Shown: piece by piece, positions 9,318-19,012 of the stretch
Layout of the letters: each line of letters begins with the position of its first letter
How positions within the stretch are numbered: the first letter of the stretch is position 1
Source: Betaproteobacteria bacterium RIFCSPLOWO2_12_FULL_62_13
GTDB lineage: Bacteria > Pseudomonadota > Gammaproteobacteria > Burkholderiales > SG8-41
Direction: 5' to 3'
Assembly: GCA_001771985.1 (NCBI GenBank)
Contig: MERG01000052.1
Location: 11,613-47,478 of the forward strand
DNA: 35,866 bases
Program-made: the position numbers and the translations under genes
Notes under the pieces: model-generated
The model's database searches: none
Seen by the model: only the letters and a program-made list of their open reading frames with translations
Told to the model about the DNA's origin: nothing

Positions 9318-10222
9318 TATTTTTCTCCCTTCGCGAGTTCCTGCGCCAGGCTGCGGTAGGAAGCGAGGCGTCGTTCCGAAATCCTGTTCTCGGCGCAGGC
9401 TGACGCAATCGCACAATCCGGTTCGGACAGGTGCCGGCAGTCGCGGAAACGGCACCGGCCAAGCCAGGGCCGGAATTCTACGAACGCATGAGCGGCTTCA
9501 TCGATGGTGAGCTGATGCAGTCCGAATTCCTGCATGCCGGGCGAGTCGATGATGTGGCTCGCGGCATCGAGGTGGTAGAGCCGCGCGTGCGTGGTAGTGT
9601 GCCGGCCTGAGTTAAGCGCGCGCGAGACATCGTCGGTACGCGCCGCTGCGTGCGGCAGCAGGCGATTGATGATGGTCGACTTGCCCATTCCCGACGGCCC
9701 GACCAGTACGGTTACCTGGCCACGGAGCAGCGGCACGAGCGGCCGCACGTCGCGCCTGGCGCTGAGCGCGAGCACGCGGTAGCCGAGCCTGCGGTAGAGC
9801 TCCAGCGACTCGAGCGCTGCAGCGCTTTCCGGCAGGTCGGTCTTGTTGAGCACGATCAACGCGGCCATGCCGCCGTGCTCGGCCGCGACAAGGCAGCGGT
9901 TGACGAGGTCCTCGTGAAAGCTTGGCGCCGCCGCGACAACGATGATGCTTTGCGTGACGTTGGCCGCGATCAGTTTCTGGCGGAAGGCGTCGCTGCGGTA
10001 GAGCAGCGTCGTGCGCGGCGCGGCCGCTTCGATCACACCCTGGCCGGGTCCACTCGGTGCGACCGAGACGCGGTCACCGCACGCCAAGGCGCCGCGCTTG
10101 CCGCGCGTGACGCAATCGAGCACGGTAGCGTCCGGGAATTCGACCAGATAACGTCGCCCGTAGCTCGCGATGATCGAGCCTTCGAGCCAAGCGGCGGGGC
10201 TCTTGTTCTTCCTGCCCGCCAT
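9314..10222 (-). CDS. rsgA: Ribosome small subunit-dependent GTPase A
   Basis: Circularly permuted G-motifs NKTD, GPSGMGKS, GRHTTT, DSPG and a C-terminal CRFRDCRH..EPDC zinc site. Confidence 0.95.
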   Translation of the reverse strand: MAGRKNKSPAAWLEGSIIASYGRRYLVEFPDATVLDCVTRGKRGALACGDRVSVAPSGPGQGVIEAAAPRTTLLYRSDAFRQKLIAANVTQSIIVVAAAPSFHEDLVNRCLVAAEHGGMAALIVLNKTDLPESAAALESLELYRRLGYRVLALSARRDVRPLVPLLRGQVTVLVGPSGMGKSTIINRLLPHAAARTDDVSRALNSGRHTTTHARLYHLDAASHIIDSPGMQEFGLHQLTIDEAAHAFVEFRPWLGRCRFRDCRHLSEPDCAIASACAENRISERRLASYRSLAQELAKGEKY

Positions 10223-10297
10223 CAAATATCGGACCTGCCGGTGAACGTGGAAAAGCGCTGAACATTGTCTTGATCGGCGAGGGTCGATCGTCGGGTT

Positions 10298-10633
10298 CTA
10301 TAGCGCAAACAACGCATCAATCTTTGCCGCGCAGATAAAGTCATTCTCGGATAAACCCCCGATCGCGTGCGTCGAATATTCGACGCGACACTTGTTATAA
10401 CCGACGGTGATGTCGGGATGATGATCCTCGCGGTGCGAAATCCAGGCCATGGCGTTGACGAACGCCATCGTCTGGTAGTAGTTCTTGAAGCTGTAGGTTT
10501 TCGCAATCACACCGTTCACACATTCCCAGCCGTCGATGCGCTTGAGCAGGCGATCGATCTCCTGCGGGTCGAGCGGCGCCACACCGCCTTCGCATGGTTT
10601 GCATTTCTTATGGGCAAGGTCATCTGCATCCAT
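10298..10633 (-). CDS. phhB: Pterin-4a-carbinolamine dehydratase
   Basis: CKPCEGG N-terminus, EDHHPDI, STHAIGGLSENDFICAAKID. Confidence 0.92.
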   Translation of the reverse strand: MDADDLAHKKCKPCEGGVAPLDPQEIDRLLKRIDGWECVNGVIAKTYSFKNYYQTMAFVNAMAWISHREDHHPDITVGYNKCRVEYSTHAIGGLSENDFICAAKIDALFAL

Positions 10634-10667
10634 GATCGTCTCCGGTCATCTATTCACCAATCACCCT

Positions 10668-11906
10668 TCACGCCTTTTGCAGCCGCGCGATGCGGATGAG
10701 CGCCAGCGGATGCGAATCGTAGAAGGCGGAATGCGCCGGGTCCGGCGTGAGCGTCGAGGCGTTGTCTCTGTAGAGCTTCACCAGGGCCGATACGAGATCC
10801 TTCGCCGAGGCATTCTGCGCCGCGTAGCGGTCGGCCTCGAACTCGTGCATGCGCGAGTACATGGCGCCGAGCGGCTGCAGCAGGAAGGTGAAGTTGGGTA
10901 CCACGATGAAGAACAGGATCAGCGCCATCGCGGTGGACGGCGCGCTCACGTTCAGCCCGTGGAAGAACCACTCTTTCTCCATCAGGTAACCGAGCAGCCA
11001 GAGGAAGCCGAGACTGACGGCAAAAATCCATGTCATGCGTTTGGCGACGTGGCGCAGCTTGAAGTGGCCGAGTTCGTGCGCGAGCACCGCTTCGACTTCG
11101 GCCGGGTTCAGGCGGGAGAGCAGGGTGTCGAAGAACACGATGCGCTTGGACTTGCCGAAGCCGGTGAAGTAGGCGTTGCCGTGGCTGCTGCGCCTGGAAC
11201 CGTCCATCACCATCAGCCCCTTTACTCTGAAGCCGCACCTCGTGAGCAGGCGCTCGACGCGTTCCTTCAGCTCCGCGTCCTGCATCGGCGAGAACTTGTT
11301 GAACAGTGGAGCGATCCAGGTTGGGTAAATCGCCAGCATGAACAGGTTGAACCCGACCCACACGAACCAGGCGTAGAACCACCAGTAGGTCTCCGTCTTC
11401 GACATCAGCCACAGTATGCAGACCACAAGCGGGATGCCGAACGCGGCCGCGAGCAGCACCGACTTCGCCAAATCGATGAAAAACATCGGGAGCGTCATCC
11501 GATTGAACCCGAAACGCTCTTCGATGCGGAAAGTGCGATAGAGACCGAACGGAAGCTCGGCCGCCGTCATCAACGCCGTCACGAGAACAATCAATGCCAG
11601 ACCCCGCCCGATTCCCCCGGGCAGCCAGCTCGCAGTGATCTCGTGCATGGCTTGCAGTCCGCCGCCAAACGTGAGCCAAAGCACGATCGCCGCTTCCGCC
11701 GTGACGCCCGCCATCGCCAGCCGGGCCTTGGCGCACGTGTAATCGGCGGCTCGCTGATGCGCGGCGAGGGTGATCTCACCTGCGAATTCAGCCGGCACCG
11801 CGGCACGATGCAATCGCACGTGCGTGATATGGCGCCAGGCGAGCCACAGCCTGACGGAGGTGGCGAGCGCGAGCGCCGCAAGGAAAACCAAGCCGAAAGT
11901 CATCAT
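10668..11906 (-). CDS. M48 (Ste24-like) zinc metallopeptidase
   Basis: Several TM segments, DGSRRSSHGNAYFTG, HELGH zinc motif, EFEADRYA, YDSHP. Confidence 0.93.
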   Translation of the reverse strand: MMTFGLVFLAALALATSVRLWLAWRHITHVRLHRAAVPAEFAGEITLAAHQRAADYTCAKARLAMAGVTAEAAIVLWLTFGGGLQAMHEITASWLPGGIGRGLALIVLVTALMTAAELPFGLYRTFRIEERFGFNRMTLPMFFIDLAKSVLLAAAFGIPLVVCILWLMSKTETYWWFYAWFVWVGFNLFMLAIYPTWIAPLFNKFSPMQDAELKERVERLLTRCGFRVKGLMVMDGSRRSSHGNAYFTGFGKSKRIVFFDTLLSRLNPAEVEAVLAHELGHFKLRHVAKRMTWIFAVSLGFLWLLGYLMEKEWFFHGLNVSAPSTAMALILFFIVVPNFTFLLQPLGAMYSRMHEFEADRYAAQNASAKDLVSALVKLYRDNASTLTPDPAHSAFYDSHPLALIRIARLQKA

Positions 11907-11971
11907 ACGGTAGAATTAACGGTGCGGCGGAAATTGTGACACAATAGCTACGCCGATTCCCGATAATAATT

Positions 11972-12517
11972 ATGGCACAGGACCCGAACAACCTCATCTG
12001 GATCGACATGGAGATGAGCGGGCTCAACCCCGACCTCGACAAGGTCTTGGAGGTGGCCGTCGTGGTGACTGATTCCCGGCTCAAGACGCTCGCCGAAGCG
12101 CCGGTGCTCGTCGTGCATCAGTGCGACGCCTTGCTCGACGCAATGGACACATGGAACAAGTCAGCCCACGGCAAGTCGGGGCTCATTGAGCGGGTCAGGG
12201 CGTCCGCTCTGTCCGAGATCGGCGTCGAGGAGCAGATGATCGGGTTTCTGGGCCAGTTCGTGCCGCCCAATGCATCTCCGATGTGCGGCAATTCCGTGCA
12301 CCAGGACCGGCGTTTTCTTGCACGCTACATGCCCCGGTTGGAGGCGTATTTCCACTATCGCAACCTCGACGTGAGCACGCTCAAGGAGCTGGCCAAGCGC
12401 TGGAAGCCGGACATCATCGCGGGGCTCGCCAAGGAGGGCAAGCACGAAGCGCTCGCCGATGTCTATGAGTCGATCGAAGAGCTGAGGTATTACCGCGAAC
12501 ACTTTCTGAAAGTATGA
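11972..12517 (+). CDS. orn: Oligoribonuclease
   Basis: [48 protein letters not shown] (DEDDh exonuclease). Confidence 0.96.
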   Translation: MAQDPNNLIWIDMEMSGLNPDLDKVLEVAVVVTDSRLKTLAEAPVLVVHQCDALLDAMDTWNKSAHGKSGLIERVRASALSEIGVEEQMIGFLGQFVPPNASPMCGNSVHQDRRFLARYMPRLEAYFHYRNLDVSTLKELAKRWKPDIIAGLAKEGKHEALADVYESIEELRYYREHFLKV

Positions 12518-12590
12518 AGGATGAGGGATGAAGGATGAGGGATGAATCAAAATCGCTTCATGCTTTTCTTCATCCTTCCTCCTTCCGCCC
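12514..12590. repeat. 7-bp tandem array with degenerate inverted partner
   Basis: atgaagg-atgaggg-atgaagg-atgaggg-atgaatc (12514-12548), then ttcatgc...ttcatcc-ttcctcc-ttccgcc (about 12558-12590). Confidence 0.85.
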
Positions 12591-12679
12591 GCGGCGCGCA
12601 GCGCGGGGGCGTGATAACGCTCGTCATCCTCTGGCTCCTCTTCATCGGCGCGGTCTACCGGGTGTTTACTATTCACCAC

Positions 12680-12886
12680 TCACTCGAGTTTGATTTCGCC
12701 GTCGAACCTCACGTCGAGATTCAGCGTGCCGACCTTCAGCGTCATCGTTGCGGGAAAAGACTCGCTGCCTTTGAGCTTCCCGTCGGCAATCGCCTTGTGC
12801 ACGGCCTTCTCGACCGCGAGCTGGGAATTGACGCCAACGGTTTTCAGGAACTTGCGGATGCTCATGTTGAGCGCTTCGTCGTTCAT
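12680..12886 (-). CDS. Small conserved protein (DUF6494-like)
   Basis: MNDEALNMSIRKFLKTVGVNSQ resembles a conserved family of about 70 aa. Strong AGGAGG RBS upstream. Confidence 0.75.
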   Translation of the reverse strand: MNDEALNMSIRKFLKTVGVNSQLAVEKAVHKAIADGKLKGSESFPATMTLKVGTLNLDVRFDGEIKLE

Positions 12887-12905
12887 GTTTCCTCCTTGGT
12901 TGCGG

Positions 12906-14549
12906 CTATCGGTGTTGACGATGGGCCTTGAAGTGGTTGATGAGCCCGTTGGTCGAAGCGTCGTGGGATGAGACCGGCGCCTCGCCTTCCAGTTCCGTCA
13001 GAAGCCGTCCAGCGAGCTCCTTGCCGAGCTCCACGCCCCACTGGTCGAAAGCATTGACGTTCCAGATCACGCTTTGCACGAACGTCTTATGCTCGTAGAA
13101 CGCAATGAGCGCTCCCAGAGCGTGCGGATCGAGTTGATCAAGCAGGATCGAGGTCGTCGGCCGGTTGCCCGGACATACGCGATGCGGCAGCAGTTTCGCG
13201 ACGTGATCTTCGGTCATTCGCCGTGCCCGCATTTCCGCTTCGGCCTCGGCGGTGGTCTTGCCGCGGGCGAGCGCTTCGGTCTGCGCAAAATAATTGGCGA
13301 GCAGCGCGGGATGGTGGCCTTCGAGAGCGTGATGCGGCCGGCAGCAGGCGATGAAGTCGGCGGGAATGAGGAGCGTGCCCTGGTGCAGCAGTTGGTAGAA
13401 CGCGTGCTGGCCGTTGGTGCCGGCAGCGCCGAAGATCACGGGCGCGGTGGCGTAGTCGACGGTGGCGCCATCGCGCGTCACACGCTTGCCGTTGCTTTCC
13501 ATCTCGAGCTGCTGCAAGTAATCCGGGAGGCGTTTCAGCCGCTGGTCGTAGGGCAGCACGGCGTGCGCCGCCGCGCCGAAGAAATCAATGTACCAGACGC
13601 CGAGCAGGCCGGCGAGCACCGGAACGTTGCGCTCGAGCGGTGCGCGTCTGAAGTGCTCATCCATTTCGCGCGCGCCTCGGCGCAGCGCATCGAAATGCTG
13701 CACTCCGATTGCGAGCGCGACCGGCAGGCCGACCGCTGACCACAGCGAATACCTTCCGCCGACCCAGTCCCAGAACTCGAACACGGCGTCCGGGTCGGCG
13801 CCGAACTCGCGTGCGGCCGCCGGATTTGCGGTAATCGCAGCGAAGTGTCGTGCGACAGTTCCGCCGCCCAGCTTGGCCGCGAGCCAGGTGCGGGCCGAGC
13901 GGGCGTTGGCGAGTGTCTCCAGAGTGGTGAAGGTCTTCGAGGCAACGAGGAACAGCGTAGTCTCCGGATCAAGATCCCCTAGCACCCCCGACAGATGCGC
14001 GCCGTCCACATTGGATACGAAATGCAGGCGGGGGTGCGGTCTCGCGTATGGCACAAGGGCTTCGGTCACGAACGCCGGTCCAAGATCGGACCCTCCGATG
14101 CCGATGTTGACCACATCGGTAAAGGCGCGGCCGGTGCTCCCATGGCGCTTGGCGTTCCACACGTCCTCGCAGAAGCGTCGGATTCTGGAAAGTTCGTCTT
14201 CGACATCGGCCACAACGTTCCTTCCATCGAGCACGACCGGCTCTTGCGATCGCAGTGCGGTATGCAGCGCAGCGCGGTTTTCAGTCGTGTTGATTCTCTC
14301 GCCGCTGAAAAGGCGCTCGATCCACGCCGGCAGGTCGCATTGTCGTGCAAGCTCGACCAGCAGGCGCAGCGTTTCGTCCGTGACGAGGTGCTTGGAGTAG
14401 TCGAACAGAATTCCCCCGGACCGGAACGAACATTTTTCGTAGCGCGCCGCGTCGCGCTCGATCAGTTCGCGCAGGTGGAACCCCTGGGCCGCGCGATGAT
14501 GCTCGCGCAGCGCCTGCCAGGCGGGCAGCTGGGTGCGGGAGCCGGTCAT
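12906..14549 (-). CDS. pgi: Glucose-6-phosphate isomerase
   Basis: NIGIGGSDLGP, ASKTFTT.ET, DWVGGRYSLWS, QQLEMESNGK, HAFYQLLHQG, FDQWGVELGK. Confidence 0.97.
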   Translation of the reverse strand: MTGSRTQLPAWQALREHHRAAQGFHLRELIERDAARYEKCSFRSGGILFDYSKHLVTDETLRLLVELARQCDLPAWIERLFSGERINTTENRAALHTALRSQEPVVLDGRNVVADVEDELSRIRRFCEDVWNAKRHGSTGRAFTDVVNIGIGGSDLGPAFVTEALVPYARPHPRLHFVSNVDGAHLSGVLGDLDPETTLFLVASKTFTTLETLANARSARTWLAAKLGGGTVARHFAAITANPAAAREFGADPDAVFEFWDWVGGRYSLWSAVGLPVALAIGVQHFDALRRGAREMDEHFRRAPLERNVPVLAGLLGVWYIDFFGAAAHAVLPYDQRLKRLPDYLQQLEMESNGKRVTRDGATVDYATAPVIFGAAGTNGQHAFYQLLHQGTLLIPADFIACCRPHHALEGHHPALLANYFAQTEALARGKTTAEAEAEMRARRMTEDHVAKLLPHRVCPGNRPTTSILLDQLDPHALGALIAFYEHKTFVQSVIWNVNAFDQWGVELGKELAGRLLTELEGEAPVSSHDASTNGLINHFKAHRQHR

Positions 14550-14615
14550 TGCCGATCAGTGCGCGGGTTCGATGAAGACATGGGCCATTTGCCGGATAAG
14601 ACATTTTACCTTTTC

Positions 14616-14811
14616 CGGCGCGCTACCTCTGAACTATTTCATCGGGATTACTGCCCCATCGCGTCGGCCGCGTGCGCGCCTGCACGGTCGCATCCCCGCA
14701 AGCGGGGCCCCTGCTCCGCGTTTCGGCGCGCTACCTCTGAACTATTTCATCGGGATTACTGTCCCTTCGCCTCGGCCGCGTGCGCGCCTGCACCATCGCA
14801 TTCCCGCGAGC
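14616..14811. repeat. Tandem direct repeat, 108-bp period, about 1.8 copies, containing a GC hairpin
   Basis: 14616-14703 and 14724-14811 match over 88 bp with 7 substitutions. Confidence 0.92.
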
Positions 14812-14889
14812 TTAAAATAGCCGCATGCACACGCAGGGAACTTTCCGTGCTCGGCGCGTCGACGGCATTGAGATGGGTGTAAAGCGGCC

Positions 14890-15609
14890 GTGACGCGTGT
14901 TTTGACCGCTCTCGGCCGCGCCCTGCGCGACCTGCGCGAGCCGCGCATACTCGCGATCGTTCTGCTGCCCATGCTCGGAGCCATTTCGATCTGGGCTGCG
15001 CTGTCTCTGCTCTTCTGGAATGAATGGACGGCGTGGCTTAATGGTCTTGCCGCCGGCACGGTCGCAGGGCGCTGGCTGGAGGGCATCGGCGCCGGCTGGT
15101 TGCTTCAGGCGCTCTCTGCTCTCGGCGTGATCGTGCTCGTCGCGCCCGCGATGCTCGTCACGGCGCTGGTGATCACCGAAGCCGTGGCCATGCCGGCGAT
15201 CGTGACCCATGTCGGCGGCCGATATTTCCCCGCCCTCGACCGGCGTTCAGGCGGCACGTTGATCGGCAGCGTGCTTAATGCGGCGGCCGGGATCGTGGCG
15301 TTTTGCTTCTTGTGGATCGCGACACTGCCGTTGTGGCTCACCGGCGTTGCTGCTCTGTTGCTCCCGCCGCTGACTTCGGCCTACCTCAATCAGCGCTTGT
15401 TCCGCTACGACGCGCTTGCCGAACACGCGAGCCGCGATGAATATCGAGAGGTGCTTGCGCGCACCAGGGGCAATCTCTACCTGCTGGGGCTCACGCTCGC
15501 ACTGCTGTATTACGTGCCGGTAGTCAACCTGGTGGTGCCGGTCCTGAGCGGGCTGGCGTTCACGCACCTGTGCCTCGGCGAGCTTGCTCGCCTGAGGAGC
15601 GAGGATTGA
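14890..15609 (+). CDS. EI24/CysZ-like membrane protein
   Basis: Four or more TM segments with AMPAIV.HVGGRYFPAL.R..GG and YLNQRLFRYDALAEHA. GTG start. Confidence 0.78.
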   Translation: MTRVLTALGRALRDLREPRILAIVLLPMLGAISIWAALSLLFWNEWTAWLNGLAAGTVAGRWLEGIGAGWLLQALSALGVIVLVAPAMLVTALVITEAVAMPAIVTHVGGRYFPALDRRSGGTLIGSVLNAAAGIVAFCFLWIATLPLWLTGVAALLLPPLTSAYLNQRLFRYDALAEHASRDEYREVLARTRGNLYLLGLTLALLYYVPVVNLVVPVLSGLAFTHLCLGELARLRSED

Positions 15610-15697
15610 GGACTGAGGATCGAGGGAACGGAAGGAAAGGAAAGGAAAGGGGCGGCAGCGTCCCTCTCAATCCTCAATCCTGGATCCTCGAACCTGG
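15593..15697. repeat. Pair of oppositely oriented 7-bp arrays around a GGAAA pentamer run
   Basis: tgaggag-cgaggat-tgaggac-tgaggat-cgaggga (15593-15627), then (ggaaa)n, then ctctcaa-tcctcaa-tcctgga-tcctcga (15664-15691). Confidence 0.88.
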
Positions 15698-15700
15698 TTT

Positions 15701-16891
15701 TCAGTGCATGCGCTCAAATACCGCAGCGATGCCCTGGCCGCCCCCGATGCACATCGTCACCAGCGCGTAGCGGCCGCCGATGCGCCGCAGTTCGTAGAGC
15801 GCCTTGACCGTCAGGACCGCGCCGGTGGCGCCGATCGGGTGCCCCAGTCCCACGGCCCCGCCGTTGGGATTGGTCTTCTTGGGATCGAATTTGAGGTCGC
15901 ACGAGACGGCGAGCGCCTGCACGGCGAACGCTTCGTTGGATTCGATTACGTCCATGTCCTCGACCTTGAGGCCGGCCTTGGCAAGCGCTTTCTGGCACGC
16001 CGGGACCGGGCCAATGCCCATGATCTTGGGATCGACCCCGGCGAGGCCGTAGGATACGAGCCGCGCCATTGGCTTCAAACCCGCTTTCGCGGCAGCGTTT
16101 TTTTCCATCAGGACGACGGCGCCGGCGCCGTCGTTGATGCCCGAGGCATTGCCTGCGGTCACCGTGCCGTCCTTCTTGAACGCGGCACGCAGCCTTGCCA
16201 TGCCTTCCACGCTGGCGTCCGCGCGCGGGTGCTCGTCGCGGTCGAACACCACGGTGCCTTTTCGGGTCTTCAGTTCGATCGGCAGGATCTGGTCCTTGAA
16301 ATTGCCTTTCTCGATCGCATTGATTGCGCGCCGATGACTTTCTACCGCGAACTCGTCCTGCTGCTCGCGCGTAATTTTCCATTTTTCGGCGATGTTTTCC
16401 GCGGTGATGCCCATGTGCACCGCGTCGAACGGGTCGGTGAGCGCGCCGACCATCATGTCGACCACGCCGCCGTCATTCATACGCTGGCCCCAGCGCAGCG
16501 TGGGCAGAATATAGGCGCCGCGGCTCATCGATTCCGCGCCGCCGCCCACCGTCACGTCGGCGTCGCCGAGCTGAATCGACTGGGCCGCGCTCACAATCGC
16601 CTGCAGACCGCTGCCGCACAGCCGGTTCACGGTGAGCGCTGTGGTGTCCTGCGGTAAACCGCCCTTGAGGCAGGCGACGCGCGAGAAGTACATGTCCTTG
16701 GCTTCGGTGTGGATCACATTGCCGAACACGAGCTGGTTGACTTGCTGCGGATCGATCTTCGCACGCTTCACCGCTTCCCTTATTGTTTGTGCCGCGAGCT
16801 CCGTTGGCGCCAAATCCTTCAACGCCCCGCCGTAGTCGCCGATTGCCGTCCGCACGCCGCTCACTACCACCACTTCACGTCCGCTGTTCAT
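15701..16891 (-). CDS. bktB: Beta-ketothiolase / acetyl-CoA C-acyltransferase (BktB-like)
   Basis: REVVVVSGVRTAIG N-terminus, NRLCGSG (catalytic Cys), NEAFA, GHPIGATG, TMCIGGGQG. AAGGAG RBS before the ATG at 16891. Confidence 0.85.
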   Translation of the reverse strand: MNSGREVVVVSGVRTAIGDYGGALKDLAPTELAAQTIREAVKRAKIDPQQVNQLVFGNVIHTEAKDMYFSRVACLKGGLPQDTTALTVNRLCGSGLQAIVSAAQSIQLGDADVTVGGGAESMSRGAYILPTLRWGQRMNDGGVVDMMVGALTDPFDAVHMGITAENIAEKWKITREQQDEFAVESHRRAINAIEKGNFKDQILPIELKTRKGTVVFDRDEHPRADASVEGMARLRAAFKKDGTVTAGNASGINDGAGAVVLMEKNAAAKAGLKPMARLVSYGLAGVDPKIMGIGPVPACQKALAKAGLKVEDMDVIESNEAFAVQALAVSCDLKFDPKKTNPNGGAVGLGHPIGATGAVLTVKALYELRRIGGRYALVTMCIGGGQGIAAVFERMH

Positions 16892-17006
16892 GGTCGTCTC
16901 CTTAACTCGCTGATTTGACACTTTTTTCATGGCAAGATTGGGGTGCTGCCGAGCCGTTCCGGGAGGGTCAGTTTAAGCCCCCCGCCCGCCGCCTGTCGAG
17001 CAGAAT

Positions 17007-17047
17007 TTGTGCGGCACAGCAAATGCGTCGCGAGTGCGGCGCATTTA
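17007..17047. promoter_or_regulatory. Putative PhaR-type operator sites upstream of the thiolase
   Basis: ttgTGCGGCACAgcaa and gagTGCGGCGCAttta are two TGC-N3-(G/A)CA boxes upstream of a PHA-pathway-type thiolase. Motif resemblance only. Confidence 0.4.
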
Positions 17048-17055
17048 TGCAGACT

Positions 17056-18663
17056 TTACCGGGCGGTTCTCCGGTAAAGTCTGTAGCGCTCGTCCTTGTC
17101 GCCGGGCCGTCCTCCTTCCCAGAGTTTGCGCCATGAGCCGCGGGGCGGCACCTCATAACGAGGATGGCCCTGCACCAGCAGGAGGTCGCATTTGCGCCGG
17201 CGTTCCTTGACTTCTTCGCGGTAGGTGACGATATCAGCGAAATAGTGCAGCATTGCCCGCTGGGGCTCGCCCAGGTCCTTGCTCGAAATGCAGTCGTATT
17301 TCCCGGGGAGCGCCTGCTGCAAGGATGCCACCATCGAGCGGTAGCTCTTGCCGGTGTCGACCCAGCCGATAAAAAGAATGGCGAGCAGCGCCCAGATCGT
17401 GGTAATGCCGGTTGCCCACGTGAAAACCGGACGTTCCGGGCCGCGCCTGAATCCGATCAGTACGCCGAACCAGGCCAGCGTATAGGCAGCGGCAAGCAGG
17501 AACGGCAAGGCCCTTAATCCGGGCTCGTATCCGGGTTGCATCCGATGCAGATGTGCGTGCAACCTTGCCGGCACGCCGAGTTCGAGGCCGGTCCAGTAAA
17601 ACCACGCAACGATCACGAAGAAGCTGAAGCCCATCACGCTGAACCAGTACCAGGCATTGGCGGCGCCACGGCGCAGCGTATCGGCGGCGGGGGTGGCGAG
17701 CAGCGTAAGCGGGATCAACAGAGGCAGGGCGTAGAGTTCGCGTACGTCGGAAACGGCGCTGAGCATGGCGAGCGTGATGACGAAGCCGAACACCGGCAAC
17801 ACGACCGCGGGCTTGTCGAACCCGGTCGTTCGTGCGCGCCATAGCGTCCACGCCGCAATCGGCCACACCGGCCACGCATACCACGGCAGAATGCGCAGAT
17901 AGTACATGAGCCCGGCCTCCGGACGACCGCCAAGCAGGCGGGCAATGTTGCTTGCCCACACCCATTCCTCGAACAATGCTGGCGATTGCGCATAAAGCAA
18001 AGCCGGCCAGAGAACGATCCAGGGAACCGCCACGACGAGTCCTACGGCAAGCGCCAGTCCGTATTCACGGCACCGCCAGGCGCGGGCCAGAGGCAGCGCG
18101 GCGGCAATCACGGCGAGGATACCCGCTTCCAGCAACCCCTGAGTCATGAACACGATCCCCAGCCCGGTGCCAAGCCAGAGGCCGCCCGCAAGCGGGCGGC
18201 GCAACGCGAGAGCAAGCCCGTAATACCCGATCATGAAGCCGCAGAGCGTCGCAATATCATTGATCAACTGATGGCTGCGCAGCACCAGTCCGAAGCAGCC
18301 CAGAAGCAGCAGCGCGGCTAGGGTGCCGTATCGCTCGCCGTTCAGTTCACGGCCCGCCAGCCCGCAAAAGAGAAATGTGAGCGCCATGTAGAACCCGCTC
18401 GAAAGGCGCGCAGCATCGTGCAGCGGCAGCAGCCACGAAAACAGCTTCGCGCTCGCTGCGGCAGTGAGGTGAAAGAGCGGTGGCTCGGTGAGGAAGGTTT
18501 CGCCGGCGAGCGCAGGCACAATCCATGACCCGCCCTTCAAGACTTGGTAGACCACGCCGAAGGTGTAGGCTTCGTCAGGCTTCCATGGATCGTGACCGAT
18601 CAAACCGGGGAGAATCCACGCGAGGCACAAAACCGCGACCAGGACATGGCGAAAGGAAATCAT
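17056..18663 (-). CDS. ArnT/PMT-like (GT-C) membrane glycosyltransferase
   Basis: GHDPWKPDEAY acidic loop, FLTEPPLFH, LHDAARL, many TM segments, ELYALPLL.PL. Confidence 0.85.
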   Translation of the reverse strand: MISFRHVLVAVLCLAWILPGLIGHDPWKPDEAYTFGVVYQVLKGGSWIVPALAGETFLTEPPLFHLTAAASAKLFSWLLPLHDAARLSSGFYMALTFLFCGLAGRELNGERYGTLAALLLLGCFGLVLRSHQLINDIATLCGFMIGYYGLALALRRPLAGGLWLGTGLGIVFMTQGLLEAGILAVIAAALPLARAWRCREYGLALAVGLVVAVPWIVLWPALLYAQSPALFEEWVWASNIARLLGGRPEAGLMYYLRILPWYAWPVWPIAAWTLWRARTTGFDKPAVVLPVFGFVITLAMLSAVSDVRELYALPLLIPLTLLATPAADTLRRGAANAWYWFSVMGFSFFVIVAWFYWTGLELGVPARLHAHLHRMQPGYEPGLRALPFLLAAAYTLAWFGVLIGFRRGPERPVFTWATGITTIWALLAILFIGWVDTGKSYRSMVASLQQALPGKYDCISSKDLGEPQRAMLHYFADIVTYREEVKERRRKCDLLLVQGHPRYEVPPRGSWRKLWEGGRPGDKDERYRLYRRTAR

Positions 18664-18855
18664 CGGTGAAGAGGCTGATCGGCGTGCATGTTAGCGACGC
18701 TTTTGGTTGTTGTTGTGGGGGAGATGGCGCGAATTATCGCATTTCGCGTGCGTCGCCTGAAGCGAGACCGGCATCGCGGGCAGCATACGCGAGCTCCCGC
18801 ACCAGTCAGTCCGGCCCTTGCGGTGATTACGCCCAGCATGAGCGGTTTCCCGCGC

Positions 18856-18890
18856 GCCCGCTTTCTGTGCGTTGCGCACTAACAACATGC
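18856..18890. promoter_or_regulatory. Tandem NtrC-like enhancer sites
   Basis: GCCC-N7-GTGC (18856-18870) and GCAC-N7-ATGC (18876-18890) are each one mismatch from GCAC-N7-GTGC, 20 bp apart, and upstream of a sigma54 motif. Confidence 0.55.
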
Positions 18891-19012
18891 GGCACGAGCC
18901 GCGGTGGACACGGCGCGCGGCGCACGCGAACGTCGTGGGCAGAGGAATAATCCAGAAAAAACAGATCGCTGGGATTGCGCGCTGCAGCCGGTTCGGATGC
19001 GGCGCGGCGGGC

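Noticed and set aside
14616-14811. CRISPR array, known riboswitch or ribozyme (glmS, lysine, hammerhead) upstream of pgi
   Set aside because: Only about 1.8 long units, no unique spacers and no cas genes. Fragments such as CCGAUGA, GAAAC and AGAGGUAGCG do not assemble into the required architectures by eye. An Rfam scan is needed to close this.
14533-14820. 95-aa ORF with an internal peptide repeat (GALPLNYFIGIT...)
   Set aside because: It is a by-product of the 108-bp DNA repeat, overlaps the pgi start, and has no RBS or protein-like features.
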